From Octopus sinensis (Eukaryota), in contig NC_043009.1 of NCBI RefSeq assembly GCF_006345805.1, positions 3,410,001-3,474,000 on the forward strand: DNA of 64,000 nucleotides, given 5' to 3'. A model generated the notes under the pieces. That model was not told the DNA's origin and made no database searches. It was given only the letters and a program-made list of their open reading frames with translations. The stretch's first letter is position 1. Every line of letters starts with the position of its first letter. The position numbers and the translations under genes were made by a program. Shown here in pieces: positions 54,938 through 64,000 of this stretch.

Positions 54938-55999
54938 GTGTGTGTATACCTGCGCGTATTATGTATCTATATATATACAAACAAAAGGTTGGAAAAACAA
55001 ACGAAAAGGGCACTAAAAAAATCAGTTGGAGTTACAGGATAGGATTGCCAGCCACAGAGAATGACCCCCACAACTTTTTATATTTCCTGAAACCCTTAAT
55101 TTCGTCTCCATATACGAGGTATGCACACAAATAAATTCATTTGAAACGCACGCCAGCACACACAAGCACACGCTGTCCCTCTAACGCATTCGCAGCCATA
55201 AATTCATTGGCTGTCCCTACATACCTTATCATTAATGTACATATAGTTTTAGCGACCGATTATCATCTTCGTACAGAGATAGATAGTGACTAAATAAATA
55301 TAAAAGGTTATATCTTTTTGAAAATGCTAAAATGCATACAATCTGAGATTACAGGGTAGAATATCAGCAGGCATTAATTTTTTACTAAAATGCATACAAT
55401 CAAATTTGTTCTGCCACTGTGCAATGTTCCACAACGTACCACCGGGTGTTTTGTGACGAAACCATACAAATATGTACCTAGGATGCTGAGTAAGTGTGCA
55501 TGAGAACACTGAACAGTCTTAAAAGGAAAAGAACGAAAGAGAAACTTAAGAGCAAGTACAGACTCTATGTTGACACAGCCAAACTCAAATGCTACAACAT
55601 GTCATCCAAATACCTGTTGCAAGATCACCAAGAAGGAATACCTGATGCGGTTCCTCTTCTTGCTGTGCACGTAACACTTGTTCAGTTTGGAGTTCTGCGA
55701 TGAGAGGTACGAAACAAAATATTATAAATATTAACATTGCTAGTACATTACTTCATGTATAATTTTGATGGTTTCATTGGGATATTCGCCCAGCAATATA
55801 TGCTTCTAATTAGTTGCCAGTTATTATTTGCCCATGGTTATTTTTTCCTTACTATTATTTGGTTAGTTACTCTTCACAACTTCTTATTGATTTCATTGAA
55901 ATTATAGGAATCTCTTCTTTAATTTTACTGTAATCAGCACATGTCTATATATTCCTGTGCTTCTATTTTACCGAACGTATAGTTCGGTCTGGTTAGATG

Positions 56000-56570
56000 T
56001 ATTGGGTTGTCCGGAAAGTTCGTGCCGATTTTTAAAGGAAAGAAAAAGGTCAATAAATACATGCCATTACATTTTTTAATCAACCAAATATGAACCATTT
56101 TGTTGCACAATGCGTCTCCATCTTTCTTTTAACTTGAAAATACTCTCTTCCCAGAATTGAGGTGGTTTCATGGCAAAGAATTCATCAAGGTTTCTTTTTA
56201 CGTCATCCAAGGAATTGAAATTTTTACCGTTAAGATTATTCTGCAGAGACCTGGGTAAGTGGAAATCCGAAGGAGCAATATCTGGTAAATATGGAGGGTG
56301 GGATAACACATCCCAGCCGAGCTGCAGCAATTTTTCTCTGGTTACCAGAGCATCAAGTGCCGAAAATGAACTTTCTTATCTTCTATTTTAAAGGGTTACA
56401 GAATTAACACAGGTTATAGGAACATACACTCTCTTCCACGAAAAGACAGCTTAAACTGTGCTCTAAATGAATGTGTTGTCAAATCTTACTTTAAGGACTC
56501 AACCATGTTCTAAAATAACTCGAAAGTTAAGCTACTATAAATCGGCGCGAACTTTCCGGAGAACCCAATA
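56000..56570 (-). mobile_element. internally deleted mariner with both TIRs (same family as 3779)
   Basis: TIRs at 56001-56030 and 56539-56570 with TA flanks; 5' piece KKVHFRHLM fused to LQLGWDVLSHPPYLPDIAPSDFHL...LKERWRRIVQQNGSY (variant of the mariner YSPDLAPSD motif, third catalytic D). Confidence 0.95.
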
Positions 56571-57247
56571 ATATTTTTACCGTCGATTTTCAACATGGGA
56601 ATACTTGCCTGGAATTGTTTGCGCTTAATACCCTATGTTTACTTGTATTACATTGTTTCACAGGGATTACTATTTTCCAATCATTGTTCCCTTCAGACTG
56701 TAATATGTGAAATATGAGAAAGTCAGAGATAACGTCTGCTTGCAATAGAAACAAGTGAATACTGTATTGTATACAATGATTGGGCTTCTCAGGACATTAC
56801 ATCTCACCTACAATTCGTTGGAGGTTCTTGAATAGTTATGGAATGACAAATGTATATCTAAACTAACAAGTACGTATTTACACATATATACAATTATGCA
56901 TTCAGGCCTAAATAGTTCCGTGGATTCTTGTGTCAGAATTTGCATTTAAACCGAACTCCCATGCGTAACACTCTCTAACGCATTTGTTTAAAGCAAAATC
57001 AACATCTGTCTACCTTTATACAAGAAAGCTCATACAGTGGTGAAGCATTGCCAGCAAATAGTTCACATAAGCATTACAATGATTCACGGATAAATATGTG
57101 TCTGTATGTTTGTATTATATATATATGTGTGTGTATGCAATTAAACATATGTTCACCTATACATGTATCCATGTATATACACACACATATTCATATTCAT
57201 ACAGAAATACACAAGCATGCTAAAACATACCTATTTATCTATCTATC

Positions 57248-57278
<31 letters not shown>

Positions 57279-57293
57279 CTACCTATTTTCACA

Positions 57294-57378
<85 letters not shown>

Positions 57379-57660
57379 CATCATACATATATATATATTA
57401 TATATATATATATATGTGTGTGTGTGTATAGCTACTTATTTATATAATACAAACTTATGAAGATTGAATTGATATTTAAGCATGTATATATAAATATATA
57501 TCTATACATCGAAATACATATATATATATATACATATACATATATTTACACACACGCACACACACACACACATATATATATATACATACATATATATTAT
57601 ATACATATATATATAAACATGTGTACACGCTGGCACACACATACATGTATATATATAAAT

Positions 57661-58083
57661 ATATAACGGGAAGCTTTATGAAAATAGACAAAAGACGAAG
57701 GCAGGTGGAAAACAAACGAACAATTGTATTAGTATGGCGCTCAGGAAATATAAATAAAACAAGTCTTTAACGTTTCGAGCCTACGCTCTTCAACAGAATG
57801 ATACACAGAGAGAAAAAAAACACAGAAAGAAGGAGAGAAAAAAAATGCGTGCAGTAGCTAACGAATCAACATGGCGATCTGATTTCGGCCAGAGGTCAAA
57901 GATCAAACATGAGACGCGAGAGCGAAATAAGGGGAGATAATAGGGTTGATAATAGGGTTGATAATAGGGTTGATAATAGGGTTGATAATAGGGTTGAAAA
58001 TAGGGTTGAAGGACCAGCTAATAGTGCGTAGGAGGGGTCTGGACGTGTGTATGTATAGGGTTGGTGTATGTATTAGTATGTAT

Positions 58084-58122
<39 letters not shown>

Positions 58123-61100
58123 AGAGATTTAGTGCGTAGGATTGGTCTGGACGTGCGTATGTATGGGGTTGGTGTATGTATTAGTATGTATTAGTATGTA
58201 TTATACGTATTAGTATGTATAAGTGTGTGTGTGTGTGTATGAGAGAGTATAAGTGCGTATGAGGGGTCTGGACGTGTGTATGTATAGGGTTGGTGTATGT
58301 ATTAGTATGTTAGTATGTATTAGTATATAAGTATTAGTATGTATAGTTTGGTGTATGTATTAGTATGGCACATCATATATGATGTGATGTGTAAAGTCGT
58401 GTGGTGTAGTGAGGAGAAGAGGGGGAGGGGGAGAAGATGTGGGAGATAAGGGGAGGGGGAGAATATGGGGAGATAAGGGGGAGGGGTGAGGAGAGGAGGG
58501 TGGAGAGAGAGGGGAGAGGAGAGAGAGAAGGGGAGAGGAGGGAGATAGGAGAGAGGAGATGGGGAAAAGGAGAGAGAGGAGGGGGAGAGAGAGAGGGGGA
58601 GGAGGAGGAAAGAGGGGAGGGGGGTGAGAGAAGGGAGTGAGGGAGTGAGGGAGCAGAGGGAAGGGAAGAGGGAAGGAGGAGGGAGAAAGAGGGAAGAAGG
58701 GAAGGGGAGTAGGGGTAAAGGATGACGGACTGAAGAGGTAGGGGTCGGGGGGAAAGGAAGGTGAGGAGGGGGGGAGAGTGGGGTTTAGATGAGGAGGGGG
58801 GGAGAGTTGAGACCAAATGGCGTATAAAGCGAAGAGAGAATTAATTCTTGTTCACGGCGCAAACGGGAATCCGGATGGCCTCTGTGTAAGGACAAACCGA
58901 ACACAGATAGGTGTTGCAAGGAGTGACCGGTGGAGCGGAAATGGCGTGAGACCGGTGTGTCGTTCGCAAGGTGGATGTCACGAAGGTGTTCCGCGAACCG
59001 GTCAGCCAAGCGGCGTCCCGTTTGTCCGATGTACAAGGAATTGCAGAGAGCGCAAGAGATGCAATAGATAATATTGCTGGAGGTGCAGTGTGAAGGAGTG
59101 TGATGATGGGATAGGGTCGATGGTGGGTGCTAGTGAGGCGGGCGGTGGTGTTGGAGAGGTAAGGGCAAGTGCGGCAACGTGGGCGGGAGCAGGGGAACGA
59201 GCCGGGTTGGGAGGTAGGGTCAGGGAAGGAGCTATGGACCAAAAGGTCTCGAAGGTTGTGGGCTCGTTTGAAAGAGGGGAGGGGTCGGCTAGGGAAGAGG
59301 TGTGAAGTGGACGGGTCGGACTGGAGATGACGGAAAGCTCGAAGAATGGTGCGTTGGAGACGTAGGGTCGTGTGGTGGTAAGTGAGGGGAAAAGGGAGGC
59401 GGGAGACTACAGGGCGGGTTCGGGGAGAGAGAGAGCAGATACACGGTCCACGGACCGTGCTCTGGCAAGGGCGTTGTGGATAGTGGTGAGGGGGTATCCA
59501 CGTAGGGTGAAGTGGTAGCCATACGTTTAGACTGAGTCTCAAAGTCATGGTCGTCACTACAGAGCCTACGTAGACGGAGGAATTGGGAATAGGGGATGGA
59601 AAGCTTGGTGTGTTCTGGGTGGGAGGAAGAGAAGTTGAGGTATGAGTGTGAGTCTGTGTGTTTGTAGTGAATGGAGGTGGTAAGAGTGGAGTGAAGAATG
59701 CTAACCGAAATGTCGAGGAAGGAGACAGAGGTGTTGGAGATAGTGGAGTGAAGTGGAGGGCTGGATGGAAAGATTGGACGAAAGAGAGGAAGGAATCTAG
59801 ATGTTCGCGGGAGAGTGAGGTGGCACCGATAATGTCGTCAATGTAACGACCATATAGTTCAGGAGTGGGACCAGTGAAATTAGAGAATATTTGGGCCTCA
59901 ACATAGCCAACGAACAGGTTCGCATATTTGGGGCCCATTCGCGTTCCCATGGCCACTCCCGAGACCTGATGGTAGAACTCGCCCGCGAACGAGAAGCAGT
60001 TCAGAGTAAGGACAAGTTCGGCCAGACGAATGAGTGTGGAGGTGTCAGGTACAGGGTTAGAGCGGAGGTCAAGAAAGTGTCGAATGGCCTGCAGTCCTTC
60101 GTGGTGAGGGATAACAGTATAGAGGCTTTGGATGTCCATAGTAAAAGGATTTTGGAGGAGCCGGGAGGAAAGGAGAAGAGTTGAAAAGCCGGAGAGCATG
60201 GTTGGTATCGTGGATGTGGGAGGGAAGAGATGCCACTAGGGGGGGCAAGGACACGGTCGAGGTATTTAGAGATGAGCTCCGTGGGGCAGTTACAGGCGGA
60301 GACGATGGGGCGGCCAGGGTTGTTGGGTTTGTGGATTTTGGAGAGGAAGTAAATGGTGGGGGTACGTGGGGTTCGCACAATTAGGTTGGATGCGGTGCGG
60401 GGGAGACGGGAGGACGAGATGAGGTCTGGGACAGTAGAGGATACCGTCTGTTGGTAGCTACGTGTGGGGTTAGAGGGCAGAGGGGAATAGAAGGAGGTGT
60501 CATTGAGTTGGCGGAAAGCCTCGGCCCTATAGAGGTCCGCGCGCCACACCACTACAGCTCCACCCTTGTCAGCCGGTTTGATGATAATGTCAGCGCGCCG
60601 TTGGAGGGAACGAAGAGCCAAGAGCTCAGCCGGGGAGATGTTGAGGCGGCGTTGGCGCCTGGAGAAGTTGAACCGCTCCAATGCACGCTGACAAGCGCCC
60701 GCGAAAAGATCCACTGCTAGGATCTGGCCAGGGGCAGGCGTCCACGGGGATGGTCGGCGGCCCAGGCCAGTGAAGCAGTCCTCTTCGTTGGGTGTGGGTG
60801 GCGAGTCGTGGTAATGCGCACCCAACCGGACACGGTGCAGAAAGCTGTGGACATCAACTCGCGTCTGGAATTCCTTACAGGATGGAGTGAGGGGGATGAA
60901 ACGCAGACCCCTACCAAGGACAGAGCGTTCAGCCGCAGAGAGGGGAAGATCGGGGGGAATGGTAACAACAGACGGAAGTGGAGAAGGGGTGGGTGGAATA
61001 GAAGTAGGAGGGGTGGTAGGTCTCGTGGAGGTCTGAGGGGGAGGGATTGGGGAGGTGTGTGGGGGGTGGTTGGGCGGGGCAGTAGGGTTAGGTGTAGGTG

Positions 61101-63486
61101 GATGGAGCCTTTCGGGAGGGGAGAAGGGGTTGTAGGGAGGGGCAGTGGGGTTAGGTGTGGGTGGATGGAGCCTATCGGGAGGAGAGAAGGGTGGTGGAGG
61201 AGTTGGGTAGTGGCGTCGGGTAGGGGAATGGAAGAGTGATTGGAGTTTACGAAGTTTGGTATCAGAAAGAAATTGATGGAGAGTTGATTCAAATGGATAA
61301 TGAAGCGTAGCGTGTTTGGAGCATAGAGAGGCGGCAGAGAGGAGAAGAAGGTGGAGAAAGCAGGAGGAAGAAGGCGGTTGATGGCATGTAGTTTGGAGAG
61401 ATTGGAGCGAATGGTGGCCTGCATAAGGCGGTAAGATGTGGTGCGGAGTATGGGTAGATGGAAGAATCCGAGTGGAGAGCAGGGTGGAAGTGGAGGCGGA
61501 AACCTTTAGGGATGAGTCTGTGATGTAGGCAGCGGCTTAGGAAAGAGACATGGCTAGAGAAGCGGGTTTTTTTAAAAAGAAGTAGAGAGAGATTAACGGA
61601 CGGCTGAAGGCAATATACAGGAAGTGAACGGAGATGATCCTTCAAACGGTGATGGAAGGTGAGGAGGTAGGACCTAGGATCCGGCATGATGGGATAGCGG
61701 AAAAAAAACGTTCGAAAAAACAAAAAAAAACAAAAAACAAAAATTATCGTATGAAAAAAATAGAAAAAAAGGATAGCGAAAAAAGGGGAAAAACAAACGT
61801 TCAAAAAAACAAAAAAATAATAATCGTATGAAAAAACTAGATAAGTAAGCGATAGGGGCAGAAAAGACGGGGCAAACGGAAAAGGGAAAGAAAGAAGGGA
61901 AGCAGAGAGAGGGGGAGGCAAAAAAGGGGGGTGCAGGCAGAGGAAACGGAGAATGGACATCCAGAGAGGGAAGAAAGACGGAAAGGAGAACAAAAATGCA
62001 GGAAAATGTGGAAAGCATGAAATGAATGTAAAAAAAGTGGTAATATAAGAGAAAATAAAAATACAACAAACGGGACAGTTTATGCGAACAAGTTCAAGGT
62101 TGAAAGTTCAAGGTGAGAAATGTGTAGACGTCGTGGTATATTTTTTAAGGATTTCACATCAATGCAAAGTCACTTTGATCCGCGAAGGAGAGGTGCAGCC
62201 AATGGTAAGTATCCAAGAGGTAAAGAAAATCCAAGGTAGAGGTAAGTGTTGATAGTGTATTGGTAGAATATAGGATGAAAGTGAGACCACGTGAGCGCAT
62301 AATATATAACGGGAAGCTTTATGAAAATAGACAAAAGACGAAGGTAGGTGGAAAACAAACGAACAATTGTATTAGTATGGCGCTCAGGAATATAAATAAA
62401 ACAAGTCTTTAACGTTTCGAGCCTACGCTCTTCAACAGAAAGATACACAGAGAGAAAAAACACAGAAAGAAGGAGAGAAAAAAAATGCGTGCAGTAGCTA
62501 ACGAATCAACATGGCGATCTGATTTCGGCCAGAGTCAATGATCAAACAGAGACGCGAGAGTGAAATAAGGGAGATAATAGGGTTGATAATAGGGTTGAAA
62601 ATAGGGTGAAGGACCAGCTAATAGTGCGTAGGAGGGGTCTGGACGTGTGTATGTATAGGGTTGGTGTATGTATTAGAATGTATAAGGGTGTGTGTGTGTG
62701 TGGTGTGTGTGTATGAGAGAGTATTAGTGCGTAGAATTGGTCTGGACGTGCGTATGTATGGGGTTGGTGTATGTATTAGTATGTATTAGTATGTATTAGT
62801 ACGTATTAGTATGTATAAGTGTGTGTGTGTGTATGAGAGAGTATAAGTGCGTATGAGGGGTCTGGACGTGTGTATGTATTAGTATGTATTAGTATGTATT
62901 AGTAATTATTAGTATGTATTAGTTGGTGTATGTATTAGTATGGCACATCATATATGATGTGATGTGTAAAGTCGTGTGGTGTAGTGAGGAGAGGAGGGTG
63001 GAGAGAGAGTAGGGGAGAAGGAGAGAGGAGAGGGGGGAAGAGGAGAGGAGAGGAGGGTGAGAGAGAGAGGAGGGGGAGATGGAAGGGGAGGAGGGGGAGG
63101 GAAAGAGGGAGAGGGGGAGAGAGAAGGGGAGTGAGGGAGTGAGGGAGCAGAGGGAAGGGGAAGAGGGAAGGAGGGAGGGAGAAAGAGGGAAGAAGGGAAG
63201 GGGAGTAGGGGTGAAAGGATGAAGGACTGAAGAAGTAGGGGTCGGGGGGGAAAGGATAGGTGAGAGGGGGGAGAGTGGGGTTAGATGAGAGGGGGAGAGT
63301 TGAGACCAAATGGCGTATAAGAGCGAAGAGAGAAGATTAATTCTTGTTCACGGCGCAAACGGGAATCCGGATGGCCTCTGTGTAAGGACAAACCGAACAC
63401 AGATAGGTGTTGCAAGGAGTGACCGGTGGAGCGGAAATGGCGTGAGACCGGTGTGTCGTTCGCAAGGTGGATGTCACGAAGGTGTT
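57661..63486 (-). mobile_element. Neptune-type Penelope-like retroelement in partial-tandem (pseudo-LTR) arrangement
   Basis: 57661-58990 is repeated at 62304-63486; the second copy stops inside the GIY-YIG coding region. The 3' end lies in a (TA)n tract. No TSD seen. Confidence 0.95.
58785..61687 (-). pseudogene. PLE RT-endonuclease ORF, about 10 frameshifts
   Basis: ATG at 61687: HVSFLSRCLHHRLIPKGF; LGRGLRFIP; IIIKPADKGGAVVVW; KIHKPNNPGRPIVS; MDIQSLYT; GVAMGTRMGP; RYIDD; Cys linker CSRPRCRTC; YCISC..C..YIGQTGRRLADRFAEH (GIY-YIG). Confidence 0.95.
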
Positions 63487-64000
63487 ACGTAGAGATGAAT
63501 GTATATTTGTACACCCACATTCCTTTCTAAATCACATAAATTTAATCCCTCCTCTGTATTTGGCCTCGTTGAGTACATGATAAATAATTTAATACAGCTT
63601 CCTTTGTAAGAACGACCTAGTCAGGTCTCATATTTGGGCTGACACTTATTTCGCTTAGATAATGACGATGATGACGACGACAACGATGATGATGGTGATG
63701 ATGATAATACTTGGGTACAATAGGTCGGTTTTCTCTCTGTGTTTTATATTTTTGAAATTACAAATGTACACATTTGGAGCAGAATTATGAAGTAACATTA
63801 TACTTGTCATGTTCATATTGTAACAAATCAATATTTATTTTAATGTTTACTGGTCTGCTTTGGTGAGAAATTGCATCCACTTCTCTAGTCCTCCAGTGAA
63901 TTCCAATCTTCCCAGCGAAACTGACGAGAGTTTGAATAAATAAAGCTTAGTATATCTGAGTACGAAATAATACGATACGATATAATAAAAACACTTAGAC

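Noticed and set aside
57936-58330. Regularly spaced direct repeats that superficially suggest a CRISPR array
   Set aside because: Eukaryotic context, no unique spacers, no cas genes; they are internal PLE minisatellites.

Overview
Eukaryotic, AT-rich, repeat-saturated genomic DNA with no confidently identifiable host gene, rRNA, bona fide tRNA or CRISPR array. The SINE families and (TA)n/(AAT)n/(AGAT)n load look like those I recall from Octopus genomes, so a coleoid cephalopod origin is my inference, not verified. Most ORFs in the supplied track are microsatellite artefacts. The interpretable content is mobile DNA. (i) A near-complete Neptune-type Penelope-like element (PLE; RT + GIY-YIG, minus strand, 57.7-63.5 kb) in the partial-tandem arrangement, broken by about 10 frameshifts but with no nonsense codon that I found. 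(ii) A second, unrelated Naiad-like PLE fragment (52.4-53.9 kb) whose catalytic YRDD segment has been moved out of order. (iii) Two degraded R4/Dong-like RLE LINEs, two CR1/L2 3' ends and a probable L1/Tx1 relic. (iv) Three mariner relics and two MITEs. (v) Many tRNA-headed SINEs that combine heads and tails modularly. The most interesting signals are hammerhead-ribozyme-like RNAs: one with a fully canonical core and palindromic stem III at 54583-54644 (+), a degenerate one at about 51.9 kb (+), and a variant core carrying an extra A in four PLE 3' termini. All structures were folded by eye, and coordinates of decayed repeats are approximate.
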